The notes beneath the pieces are model-generated. The model was not told the DNA's origin. It made no database searches and saw only the letters and a program-made list of their open reading frames with translations. Below are positions 24,701 to 41,300 of a DNA stretch of 64,000 bases, piece after piece (position 1 is the stretch's first letter; every line of letters starts with the position of its first letter). The stretch is from Moniliella sp. 'wahieum' (taxonomy: Eukaryota). The DNA is taken from positions 434,001 through 498,000 of the forward strand of contig RSEE01000033.1 of assembly GCA_003971905.1 (NCBI GenBank), read 5' to 3'. The translations under genes and the position numbers were made by a program.

Positions 24701-25869
24701 GTTCTTTGACCAATCTCAGAGGTTGGCACGAGCCAATGTGGAGCTACTTACCGCGGCGGAGACGGCGATGACGCCCAAGAGCGATAGATACTATGTCATT
24801 GACCATGTATGGACCTTGCTCCACTTTCCGAATGGGTTAGTGAACAACTCTGTTTCCTCTTCCCTCGCCCTGCTTCATGTTGAAGTGGAGGAGGATGCTC
24901 ATACTGCCCCCGGGGAAAGGGTGTGGGAGGAGGAGGATTCTTGCTTATGGGTACGCTCCCTTCTTAGCCCCATGGGGTGCGATCTATGGCTCCGGGCGGT
25001 GCGGCATGTCCTGGCGTTCCACCAGTCGCTCAGGAGGGGGAACTCCAACGCTCCGCCACAGGCGCAGGAGTTCATCGACTTGCTTCCCCCACGCTGCGCA
25101 GCCGGGCCGCCGGGTTTTCTGGACCACACGGCCAAAAAGTGAGTGTACAGCGGGTTGCGACGGAGCAAGCGGCGCTGGTGCCGCCCCTGACCAAGTCCCA
25201 TGGCTGGAGCCGGCTGTGCTTACAACTTTGCTTGATCAGGCCAAGGTGGTGTCGCACCTGCTCCTGCAACAGGCACGGCATGCAGTGCTCGACCTCGCTG
25301 CCGTGGCACAGACCTTGGAGGCTCAGAAGGCTGCTGTAGGCGAGGTGGTGGGCCTGTGTGGGACCCGCGGCCCAAGCAGACTGGGTCTGGCACCAACGCG
25401 CTGCCGCCGCTATTTCGCATACTAGCGCAGGCGGACAATGGGTGCATCCAAGATGGATTGGCGCTCCTGCTGGAGCCGCAGGGGGTGGGGGAAAAAGACT
25501 GGGACGTGGAGTGGATGCGGCCAGTGGACGCGCGCGGACGGACGCGATGCTGGATGCGCGAGGGGTGGGCGACCTGGCTGTGCGGCCGCCACCACGCGAC
25601 ATGCTGACCAAGGAGCGCTTGCCCTTGCGCCAGCCGTGGCCGTAGCGCCGGCCGTGTCCGCTGCGCCGGCCCTACCGGCGGTCACACCGGGCGGGGGCTT
25701 GGACGCGTTGGTACCCACGCCTGCCGCGGTGGCGGTGGCGAGGCTGCTGCGCCGACGGCGCAGGAGTATGCTGGGGATCTGCACCGCCTGTGGTGGACTG
25801 ACGCGCGCTTGGAGCGGCGGGGCGTTTGGGCCGGCGTGTCTGTGCGGGGGGCGCTGGTTTGGGCTCTAG
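21763..25869 (+). CDS. MED16: Mediator subunit Med16/Sin4-like (frameshifted)
   Basis: N-terminal HLVAWSCDDLIAFAD and C-terminal CTACGG...CLCGGRW, as in Med16. Length ~4.1 kb; intron near 23451. Confidence 0.65.
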
Positions 25870-26310
25870 CCGCCGCGGACGGCGCCACGGCCTCGGGCGG
25901 CGTTGTGTGCTGTTGCGGGCACCCCAATTCTGGCGCGGAGGGCATAGATGCCCTGCGCCAGCGTCGGCACGAGAGGATGCCAGGGGCAAATAACCCTTCA
26001 TCGAGTCGGTCATCGATAATCCGGTAATGCAATGGCATTCGAGAGGGTCACGTGGACAGGCTCATAGTCGGGGAACCGAAGCTACACGCTGCCGGGGTGA
26101 CCGGTGACCGGCCAGGTGACCACTGGCACGCTGCTTTTAAACTAGCAGGCCGGGTAATACGCGTCTGAGGTGGCCCCTGTGAGCCACAGACTCGCCTGTG
26201 CCTTTGTCGGGCGGTCCCCGACGCCACCACCGTCCCCTGCCACCCGCGCCCACCATCCAGCCCTCCTCCGCTCCACCATCTCGGCTCCCGCCCCACTCCG
26301 GCGCCCTCCG

Positions 26311-30505
<4,195 letters not shown>

Positions 30506-30821
30506 GCTCTATTACTTGGTACAACACCTATGTATATCGATGATACCCTCCCCCCTTTTTTCCCGCAGTCACACTGCTTTCTCCCTCCCCTTTTCGAGCG
30601 AGAGTGCAAGATAGGTCAAGTTGTATATCGTCTTCGGATGCTAGTCTAGATGCGAGAGAGACGAACGGAGTGGCTGCGCTGTGTGTAGCAGAGAAATGCT
30701 ATTATCCCTGTATGGTATGACTCCATGCCGTACTCAAACGGGCAAGTTTTGAACGCAGGATACGCGCGTGTTCCTCAAAAGGGAACAGGAACAGGGCGAT
30801 GACCAACATGTTTGGTTACGG

Positions 30822-31893
30822 TTACTGCGACTTGGAGGCCGCTGTGAGGCAGATCCGCGTCAGTTCGGCCTCTTTCTTTTTGACCCGGAGCAGGGTGAAC
30901 AGGACAGAGTAGACGATCAAGAAGCTGGCCAGCACACTGGCAGCTAGCGTGATGCTCTGCACCGGCCCATACACCGACTGATCGCCCCTGGGTAGCCTAA
31001 CCGACCAAGGACGGCTCCCACAGTGGGTCGGTAAACCAACAGGTCGCGCTCCTTGTTCGACAAGGGGCTGAGCTTGGGTGAGAAAAGGGCCCACTCAGGA
31101 GAAAGAAGGGCGTTTTTGACTGGGTCATAAGAAGAGTAGAGTGAGTGTGGGAGAAGGAAAGCAGAAGGTAGAAAGAGGAACACCTACCTGAGTATTCCCA
31201 CCCTGGCTTGGTCAGCTCCGGCCCGCCATCGTCCAAGCACGAATAGACGAGCTGAGGTTTGGGGAACTGGATCCGCTCGTAGTGACTTGTCTGGACTAAA
31301 TCCGACCAGCCTTGGAACGTGGTGGGGGGAAGGGACGGGACGGGGGGGAGGTACCGCGCGTGGAGGGGAAGTTCGAGGGTGTGGATCGTTTCGTTGGAGG
31401 CGCGGGGAGAGGGCCTTGCAAGTCAGGCAGGGAAACCCGAAGCACATTGAGCGTGAACTCCTTCTCCAACCCTTTGTTGTTGGATGCCGACGGATGGAAG
31501 GGCGTGTTGGCGCGGGGATAGGAAGCGCGGCGCGAGTGGTGGTGGGTCTGGGCTTGGGCCTGGCGGCGCCGGAGACCAGTGGGATCGGTCCAGCCCACGG
31601 CGTGCTCGAGCTCGATGGGTTGACGCAGATCAATTCCGCTGGCGGCTTGGCCAAAATGTCCACCGAGGTGAACGAGGCCCGGGGGTGAGGTTCTGTGGCG
31701 GGGCGATGGAAGAGGCGGCCAAGGCCAGCTGGTAGGGGTCGACAAACAGCGCGGGGGGCAGCTGGAGCAGCACATACAGCTCGCACTTGACGGGCTCAAA
31801 GCGCAGGTCGGCGTCGGAGAGCTGGAGGCGGATGGTGGGGTGCTGCGTGGGCTCTGTGGGTAGCGTGACAGAGGGGACGGAAGGGACGGCCAT
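30822..31893 (-). CDS. PBN1: GPI mannosyltransferase I subunit PIG-X/Pbn1
   Basis: HPTIRLQL..CELYVLLQLPPALFVDPYQL, a C-terminal TM helix (ITLAASVLASFLIVYSVLF) and a basic tail. Confidence 0.75.
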
Positions 31894-32202
31894 GGCGGAG
31901 AGGGTGGTGGTGGCGGCGGTGGGGGATTACAGAAGAGCCTAGGCGAACCCCCCAGCTGGGCAGCTAGCTGGTTGTGGGGCGGTGGGCGTCGTGTGGGGCG
32001 GCGCGTGCAAGTGAAAGTGCTGGCTGAAAGTGAAAGTTGCAAGTTGAGCGACGGAAGAACAGCCGATTCGGGATGCAACTTGAACGTTCAACTTGCCCAT
32101 TCTTGCAATGTTCATCCCCAAGCGTTTGTCATTAACCACAGTGCATATAGCCCCCCCTGCAGCAGCCTGGATCGAACCGAGCCCCGCTCAGCAGCCGGCT
32201 GG

Positions 32203-33739
32203 ATGCCGCCGCGGCTGGCCACACCACTCTCTCCGTCCCCTTCCTTCTCCCCCTCCCGCCCATGCGTCCGCCCGCACCGCGCCCCCCCTGCGCCGCAGCA
32301 CGCCTCTGCCGCCCTGTCCGCACCCCCCTCCTCGTGGCCAGGCCATGTCGCGCGCCTGCGGTCTGCGCCCCCGCCCCCGCCCCCGCCCTCCGCCCCTTCT
32401 CCATCTTCGCGCCTCCCTCCCAGTTTTCGACGTTTGGCGCATCCCCCCCACCCTCTCCAAGTATCTCGACATGACCCCTGCGCCCCTCACATTCAGTTCC
32501 CTTCTCCAGCACACCCCTCCCCCTGGCGAGCCCATGACCGCGGCCCAGATCCTCGAATCCGCCGAGTTCACCCGCAAGCAGCTCCCATCCGCCTCGCACG
32601 CCGTGTGGGCGGCTTCCGATCCTTGCCCTTTATCGTTGGCTCCAATCCCTACATACAGCAGATTGCACGCCTCTACTCCCAATCCTTTGAGACGCTCTCC
32701 AAGTTCCCCGAGATCCGCACCATCGACGACCACCACGAGTTCGTCCGCGTCCTCGAAGGCCTGGTCGAAGACCATGGCCCCACGATCCCCATCCTGGCTC
32801 GCGGGTTTCTTGAGTGCCGCCAGTACATGGACCCCTCCGAAATATCTGCCTTTTTGGACGCTGCTATTCATTCGCGCGTAGCCATCCGGCTTATCGCAGA
32901 ACAGCACCTTGCCCTCTCGGCCTCCTTCCATCACTCGAAGCGGTCCGAGACGCAGCCTTCGGGACTTCCCGCCCTGTCGAGCGAGTTGCAGCAAAATCAT
33001 TCCAACACCATCATTGGTGTCGTTGACACGAACTCAAACCAGCCGAATGATCCAAACCTGTGCCTCTTTTGTTCATGGTCTGTGCGAGTCCACACTTGGC
33101 GTTGCTCCCGAGCTGATCCTTGAAGGCGACTTGGACTCAACTTACATTGGCATTCCCGTTCATCTCGAGTACGTGATGACCGAGCTGCTAAGAACTCGTA
33201 CCGCGCCACCACCGAACACTGGCTGAAGCGCAATGATGCTGACTTGCCGTTGCCCCTGTGCAAGTCACCATTGCTCGCTCCGAGCGGCACCTTTCCATTC
33301 GCATTCGTGATCGTGTGGCGGCATTTCCCCCCAGATTTGCCGAATGTCTTTTCTATGCATTTACTACTACCGTATCCAACTCGACCGAGAGACCAGACGA
33401 CGCGATGGCCGGACCTTATGCCATGCAATCTCATGTGGGCGCTGCCGTCGATCCCTTTTGGGCGGGGACATGGTGGACAGGCCTAACCTCAGGACTGGGG
33501 ACACTTGCTGGGCTCGGGTATGGGTTGCCCATGTCCCGCATCTACGTGACCTACTTTGGTGGGGGTAGTGCGTTGGACATTGTTAGTCTGTATGGATATG
33601 TAAGCACTCTACTCTTCCCTTTCACCCTTGGACAGGGCCCGGGTATACTAACTCTGATTTTTCTCTGCAGGGGTGCGATACGTTTGTCAGTTGCAAGATG
33701 GATTGGGCCCCCGCCCAACAACCTCCTAACGTGACCTGA
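32203..33739 (+). CDS. Mitochondrial pyruvate dehydrogenase / branched-chain ketoacid dehydrogenase kinase family
   Basis: PIRLARRVGGFRSLPFIVGSNPYI, FLDAAIHSRVAIRLIAEQHLAL, IPVHLEYVMTELL, LAGLGYGLPMSRIYVTYFGG, SLYGY|GCDTFV. Intron 33600-33670; start uncertain. Confidence 0.92.
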
Positions 33740-33980
33740 TAGAGCAGAACGTTTTTCTTTTTCCACATTCATGTTGGGAGGATTCCTCGGGATTCACCGC
33801 TGCCCGTGAACTGTTTCTTCTCATCTGTCCCCTCCCCTATACTTGATGACTGGGTTCGGATCTCTTAGAAACACGTTCGGCGACTGCATCTCCATCTTCC
33901 ATCGACTCAGGGCATCATCCGACAGGAGACAATCTCGGTGTGTGTATTTGTAGATAATGACCAAGGAGGCGCGCTCCTCA

Positions 33981-34600
33981 TTACACCCCTAAAGGGAGAA
34001 GAAGAAAGAAAAGGCAGAGGTTAGCAGGCCAGTGAAAGGGAAAGGCACGGGAGGTTAAGGACGCACTCCTGGGTTTCGGCGGGCGGTTGCCGCCCACACG
34101 GAGAGGGGTACGGTCGCTCATCTGGACTACGCGGGACTTGACATGGGCCGCTTCCGGCGTGATCAAGGCACGGAAGAAGGCCTCGCGACCCTGGCCAAAG
34201 TTGTTAAAGTGAATCCCGATCCCCTGGACGCCCAGTGCTTCGCCTTCCTCGGCAATCTTGTTGAAGATGGCAAACGTGGCGCGGTATGCGGCCTCGTACC
34301 CGTTCCGCTGCGCACCCTTGAAGCCCATCATGCCACCCGAACGAGTGAGCAGAATGTGTCCTTCAACGTCCGAGAGGGTGACAATGGTTTGTTGCGGGTG
34401 GCCTGGATGTTGATGTTGTGGGTGTGGGGCGGCTGGGGCCGATAGGTGCGTTGAGGGCGCCGGATGGGCTGGGCAGAGTAAAAGCGCAGGGCTGCGGGCA
34501 CAGCGGCGCCGCGAGCGAGGAAAGTGCCGGGTGCAGAGACGGCGATGGCGGTGCGCACAAGGCCCGCAGACAGCGGCACGAAGGCAGTGCGGAGCAGTGG
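33981..34600 (-). CDS. Mitochondrial ribosomal protein uS11m (start uncertain)
   Basis: NIQATRN..TIVTLSD, SGGMMGFKGAQRNGYEAAY, FGQGREAF, DRTPLRVGGNRPPKPR, then a short terminal intron. Confidence 0.9.
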
Positions 34601-35476
34601 CCGGGCCGTAGTCGTAGTCGTAGTAGCCGAGGCAGCGGTGGACGGCCTTCCCGGGCCTGCCCAATGGGCCGGAAGAAGGTCGGGGGTTGCTTACGTACGT
34701 TCTTCGTGGATCGCACCCGAGGTCACGTGAGCATGATCCAGCGCAGTGCCGTCGGCCAGCTTTTTCTGTCGCTCTTGTCGGCTGGATGGGGTGCTGCCTG
34801 GTGCTGCCTGTGGCTGCATTTCGTCATCGACCTCCTCCAATCGACCGCGCCCACTCACCCTGCTTCCGACTGGGCGACGATGGGAAGAAGGACAGAGCAA
34901 TGTATACCACCAAAGACACCGCCCTTACCATCCACCCATCAGTGCCCCCTGCGCTGGTTGGTGCAAGCTTCCCAAGACACAGGGTGGTCCATAGGGGTAA
35001 CCAACTGTTCCGTTATAGCTACGTTACGCGTCACCGCCATCTGTGCATGCACACCAAACAATGGTGCTTGCCGGGACTTCCGCTGTTTGTCATCCCCCCT
35101 CCCCCCCTCCCTTCCCGTCCTTGCGTCCCGGCCGCTGTGTTCGCCCGCATTCTCTCAAACGGCCAAAAACGTATCCATCCCACCGACCCACTGATGCAAG
35201 GCCAAAGCAGGCCCAGGGCAAAATACGAGGACATAACGACCAATACCAATGAGTTGCGCTATGCTCGTGGCAAGCCGATACAGTACATACAGGCAATGGA
35301 TGGACCAAACTAAAGAAGTGGGCATCGAGGCGGGGTAAGAAGCGGATCACTGAACATGAACAACGAGGGAGCGAGCTGCTCGCTACGCCGGGGGAGGTCC
35401 CTTGTTGTTCCCACTTGGCTTGCCCCATGATTTGGGGTCGTTGGTGCGTGTGCTGGAACGAGATGGGCCCCAGAGC

Positions 35477-36943
35477 TTAGATGCCGTGCCTGTGGCACGA
35501 CGGCCGTCCATTCGCCCCGAGCCTGACTGCGGCTCTGTCTCGTCCGTCCTTGGCCCGCGAACGAGGCGAGGGCGATGCGGCCGGGCTGTCAGAAAGTTGG
35601 AGCGTGGCGACCGAGTCGGAAATGCCGATACTGTTGGTACTGCAAACCGAGTGGAGTGCTTCCTCCATCTGTTTGACACGTTCATTGGCCGCCGTCACCG
35701 CGGCATCCAGTTGTTCCAGTAGGGTGTGGGCATCTTCCCCGAGGGAAACGTCAGTACCAACATCTCGGACACCAAGTAGGAGAGGTAGAGGGAGACAACG
35801 TACCTTCTAGATCGGAACGCAACGCATCAACCTCCTCTTGGTCGACTTGACCCTCCCCAGCGGCTGGGGAAAAGGCGGGATTCAAGTAGGCTCCCCAGTT
35901 CTTCGTTTTCCTTTGTCAACTCTTCAACGCGCTGCAGCAACCGAAGTCCGAGAATGGGGGCCGGGCCCAACTCGGGATCCGGCTGCGGCTTGGTTTCGTC
36001 TGCGTCGTCCCCGGCATCCGCTTTCGCAGCTGTACCCTGCAAGGCCAAGACGGGGTTGAAGGCCAAGGCCTCAAGCTGAAGCATGTGACCCTCTTCCCGC
36101 TGTTCGTACGCCGCCAGACGCGACTCAAGCGCATCAAGGTACTTTTTTGCTTCCTCTGGCAGCTGAGCATGCACATCGCTCGCCAAGGGTTGGGGGCTGG
36201 AGGAAGAGGCGGAAGCGAGGGGAGACGGGAATGGACATAGGTGTTCATGGACACTTCCGATCCGGGACCCGGACCCGGACCTGCGTCAGCGCGAACACTG
36301 CTGTCGCTCCGGACAGCCGGGGAAGGGGTAAAGCGGGGCTGAGGCTGAAGACGCTGGGCATGAGGCGTCAATTGGCCAGTACTCGGTGTTGACGGCGGAT
36401 AGACAGGGTGTGCGTCGACATCATCTCCTCGGCCCCGGGGTCGGGAAGCAGGCGAGAAGGGCAGATGAGAGTAGCCTGGAGCGGCATCTTCCTCCGCCCC
36501 GTTAGCTGCAAAACGGGGCGGATGAGGGCGAGAAGAAGCAGTGCGCGGACCGCCGTTGTGGCCTCGGTCGTGGGAGCGTGGTCCGGACTGGGGGGGACGA
36601 CGCTGGTCGTGCTCGGGCGGGACATAGGGAAGGGCGTAGGCGTTGGGGCGCATGCTGACGCCAGGCATACCCATACCCATGCCCATGGATGGCTGGGGAG
36701 CATATCCGCCGGCGGGCATGGGCATCGAGGGCATGCCTGGCTGGCCGTACACGGGGTAGTACGGATACGGTACGCAGCATAGGGCGCAGCGGCGGCAGGA
36801 TACGCGCTGGCCGGCACGGCGAATGGGCCGGGCGGCAGGGCGGAGGGGGGAGCTGAGCCCGCACCAGCGCCAGCATCGGACATGTCCGGGGTGGCGTGGG
36901 AGCTGGGCATGGGCGCGAGGAAGGGATGGTTAGGCACCTCCAA
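35477..36943 (-). CDS. WTAP/Mum2/FIP37-like coiled-coil protein (candidate m6A writer adaptor)
   Basis: LQLEALAFNP...LGLRLLQRVEELTKENEELG resembles the WTAP-family AxxFTP..GKxLMAKCRxLxxENxELG motif; coiled coil continues after an intron near 35800. Confidence 0.55.
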
Positions 36944-37472
36944 CTGGCCGTGGCGTCTTCCAGCGGCCGCAAGATGCTGTCCCCCTTGCTATGGCGGACT
37001 GCCACCGTCGGCTGGCACCGGGCCGCGGCCGTCTGAAATTTCATATGGTCCTTTGGCTCGTTCCAGCCCTGCTTGTTTCGTGTTCCTCACCCGGATCCGA
37101 TCCAACACCAGGCCATCCATCCGCCGCGCTCTCCATACCGCGAGCGCACGAGCAATGGATGAACAGGCCAAAACGACAGTCGAAGGCGATAAATAAAGCG
37201 CCCTGCAGAAGCAAGCTTCAATCCCAAGTTGGCGCCCCGTCCTTTTCCCGTCAGTTGGACGAAAGAAACCAAATCGGATATCCCAAAAAAGTGCCTCTTG
37301 GCCGAATCGAACGACCGATCTTCTCATTATCAGCAAGGCACGAGGTCTTACTAGTGAGATGCTTTACCACTGAGCCAAAGAGGCGCTATGATCTCCTGAA
37401 GGTTAGAGCGTTGAACGTTGATTTTCGTATTCGCTTTTAGCGTACTATCTTCGTCGTCTCTCTAGATCGTCC

Positions 37473-37502
37473 ATTTCATTGACAGAGCTTAAGGCTGGGA
37501 CA
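37473..37502 (-). mobile_element. 30-bp solo 3' terminus of the CRE-like retrotransposon
   Basis: ATTTCATTGACAGAGCTTAAGGCTGGGACA is identical to 16373-16402. Confidence 0.85.
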
Positions 37503-38362
37503 AATTATTACCGCTCTCTATGTCTTCTTTCCCAGTCATTGTCCAGATGTACCAATTGTGATTGTGTGACGTCCCCTCCAAACAGCAAAAGTGGCGTTTG
37601 TTCAGTTGACTAGAGCTTCCGCGACTGTTGTTTTTTGTCGCAATACAGGGCCGAAGCCACTATACGCCCAGTGGTAAAACACGAAGAGGGCCCATTGTAT
37701 TTTCTGTGTATGGTGAAATTCTGGCAGAAGACATGTTATGGGGAGAGGTTCTTGCTTTACTTCGAGAGTCCTCTACTTGTTGCCGCTCCCCTTCTTATAA
37801 CCCATCAAATTTTGTTGAGTGCCAACCCCGTTTTTATTGTTAGTGTGTGCAAAACGAACCGGGAGTTGCAAAGAAGAAGCGAGCAACACATCACATATAT
37901 AGCCCCTCAACAGAGGACCACAAAATGCAAAATCAGCCACAAAGAAAGAGAGTGTGACATAGCAGGGGCGAGTGCTACAATCCTGGAAAGAACGATAAGG
38001 GGAGGGGGGACAAAAAAGAACAGAAGAGCAGATATGGGGGAGAGGGAGACGAGCACACAGGGGAGAAGAGCTGCCCGGTTTGCCAAGTAGTTCATGACCA
38101 CTCGCACGGGCCAAATATGGGAGGGGGGGGGGGGTAACAGGTATGACCGAGAAAGGCACAGACCGGCGTCCAATAACAGATACGTGTCCCACCCTTGCAT
38201 CCGGCCAGCGTTGAAGGAGTGTGGGGACAGTCACGGATATAGGCAGAGAGCGTGCAGGCCGTTTCAGGCTCGCGAAAACCCGTCATTTTTAAAGAAAAAA
38301 GAAAGGCCGACATAAGAGAAACAAAAGTGCATATATGTTAGCCAACATGAAAGGAGCTGTGT

Positions 38363-41300
38363 TCAGTGGGCCCAACCGTGGATAGAGAGGTGGCGATCGG
38401 CATCCGCCTGAGGTGGCAGGGAGGGGATGATGCCCGGGTCAAGCGCCCGAGCCATATTGGAGCTGTCCGGAAGGGTGCGAGGGCTGATCGCACTCCCAGT
38501 CCCAAGCGGCGAAGGTTGGGTCCATTCCGACAGTGTCGACGAGCGGAGCTCTTCGTTTTCTTCTCTAGCAAAGGGAAGAGACGGTGGGGTCAAAGCGGCC
38601 AAACTCCCCTGTTCATTGCGTCGACTCAGGGCACCAGACGATGTGGAAGGAAAATGGCCGTGTAGGCTTGGGTCAGCGAAAGGATCACTAGACGTATGCC
38701 CAGTGTGCGAAAAACCAGGTGTGGTGGTGTGAGTTCGCCGGGGAGTTCCCGCCTGTTCCAGAGAACCTTCGACCCCAGGCGAGTCGATGGAGGAATACTG
38801 GATTGCCGGGGCGTAAGCACGCAAAGAGGATGAGGCACCCAGGCTCCGCCTCAGCTCTGTAGGGGTGCCGTGGGCATCCCTTCCTTCGAGCGGGCGTGGA
38901 CCCGAGAAGGGAATGAGGTTCAATGCCCTCGCCGGTGTCGTAGGATTAGACGGAGGAAGGCCAAGAAGGTCGTCATGATCAGCCGGATCCAGCTCCCAAC
39001 GTTCGCGTAACCCAAACGACCTCACTGTCGCCGTACGTCCCACCTGGGTCCCGGACAAGCCAGCATCGGCATCGGGGGCAGAGAAGGATGCGATCGTACC
39101 TGTCCGCTGCAACCGATCGGCCCTATGCCAAGCTGCGGTCCCAACGGCGGCACCAGGCAAACATGGCTTCTTGCTCAGCTGGGGCAGGTTCTTCCGTGTC
39201 TTCCAGCACCATCCTCCTACACCCGCGGCAACGACTAGGATCACTCCTAACGCCGTGCAAACACCGATCAAAGCCTTGCGCACTCTTTCATTGCTTGAAC
39301 CACCCGGGCTGGTATGCAACTGGGAAGAGGAAGAAGAGTAGGTCCCTGCGGACGAGAGAATGTTGTAATTCTTGTCGATGTACGACGCCAGCTCCTTGGC
39401 CACCGCTGATGTCTGCTTGGTAAACAAATTGGAGGAACCGTTTTGAATAGCCGCCTGCAGCGGCCTCACCTGGCCAGAGGGGATGTAGCCAATGAACAGA
39501 GTTGATGCGTTCCAATTATTGGGAGAGGCCGCTTTGGCTGGTGTAGCGCTCTCATCATTGTAAGCCTGCAGAGCAGCAGTCGTCACGTTGGAAACGGGAA
39601 TGGACAAGGCCTGTGAATGGGAGAGAGTAACATCAGTCGTCTGTCATGCACAACAATAGGATACAGATCCAAACGTACAGTAGCCAATACAGTGGGCATG
39701 AACTGGAAGATTTGAGCTGGAAGCTCTCCCGCGTTGGGTCCGGCTACCGCCGACCAAGAGAGTTCATTGTCAAAGTGGATTGCCACCCTGATCGTTCCTG
39801 GCGGCTGAGTGGACGATCCCATAGGCTGGATCGACGTGGGTAGGGAGGGCACGCTGGACGGCGACGATGACGGAGCGCCCGAACTACTTGTGGGCGCAAT
39901 GCTTGTATCACTGCTCGAATCTGATCCACTGTTGCTGTTGGGCCCCTCAGTCGAAACACTACCCTGGGATGGAGTTGGGCTTGAGGTGGGGGTACTGTCC
40001 GACGTAGATGATAGAATCGACGAGTAGCCACTGGGGGATGAGGATGATGGCGGAACCAAGAGTGATGAAGTGGGGGCATAGCTGTAGGGATTGTAGGGGC
40101 TGCTGCTGCTGTTGCTGCCGCTAGTGATGCTGCTGCTGGTGGCGGTGGTGCTGCTGCTGCGGCTGACGCTGGCAGTAGAACGGTGCGTGCCACTAGCGGA
40201 AGAGCGTGATGGCAACACACTGGACAATGTCCTACTTCTGCTCATGCTGGTATGAAAGGAAAATGCACTGGAGCTTGAGGGGGTGGACGAAGCCGAGAAG
40301 GATGTAGACGAGTTCGATGTAGCCGAGGTCGACGTAGTCGAGGTGCTCGAGACAATGCCTGTGCTAATAGTGCCACTGGTAAGCCCACTTGATAGGAAGC
40401 TGGACGGGTGCCCGGAAGAGCCCGAGGGAGATGTGGAAGATCCCGGGGGAGATGTCGACCTGGAGCTGCTGGGGCTGATGGAGGAAGTGCCTGTTTGACC
40501 AAAGCTAGATGATGTGCCACTTGATAAACTTGGTACGGATGAAGAATGAGGCGGTGAGCCTGGCGAACTCGTGGAAACGAATGTCAACGTTGAGCTGTAG
40601 AAAGAGCCCGTTGAAGATGTACCTCCCAGCGAGTGCGATTGAGGAGGAGAGCTTGATGGCTGTGCCCCTGCATTCGTAGATGATGTCCCAGAACTGGCAT
40701 GGATACCTGTAGAGGAGTACACGCTTGAACTGGACGGTATCGCAGTGCCGGAGGTGACGACAGAAGAGGTGGACGCGGGCAGTGGAGACCTCGTTGTGGC
40801 AGAGGAGAAGGTAGAGCTCGTCGTCATAGTAGTAGAATGCCGACCCGCTGAGCTCACCATCGTGCTCGTCGGCGACCGCGACACCGTGGACGACAGGAGC
40901 GACACTGTGGACGACAGGACCGACGTGGGTTGACTAGCTGCTGAGATAGTGGAGGGTCGTATGCTAGATGAGGGTATACCATCCGAGGAGGAACCGTAGG
41001 TCATTGATGACAACGATGACGGCCCAACTGTTGACCCCACTCCAATTGAACTGGCGCCTGTCGGAGTAGATGTAGACGAGCCGTTATGCACAGAACGGCT
41101 GTGGGACTCGGACCGACTTGTTGTGCTTGAAGTGGACATTCGTGAGGTCGAGGTCGGTCTACTACTCAGTCCCGAACCCGATTCTTCAGAAGAGCTGCCT
41201 GAACCGAAGATCGACGTGCTGCTGGGAGGACGTCTGATACGACCTCGATCCCGTCGCGGAAGTCTGGTTCAAAGAGGCTGAACTGAATCGCCAAGGGAAG

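Noticed and set aside
37503..38340. Short ORFs (for example 37635-38090) as a gene
   Set aside because: No recognisable motif; may be the mucin 3' UTR and intergenic DNA.
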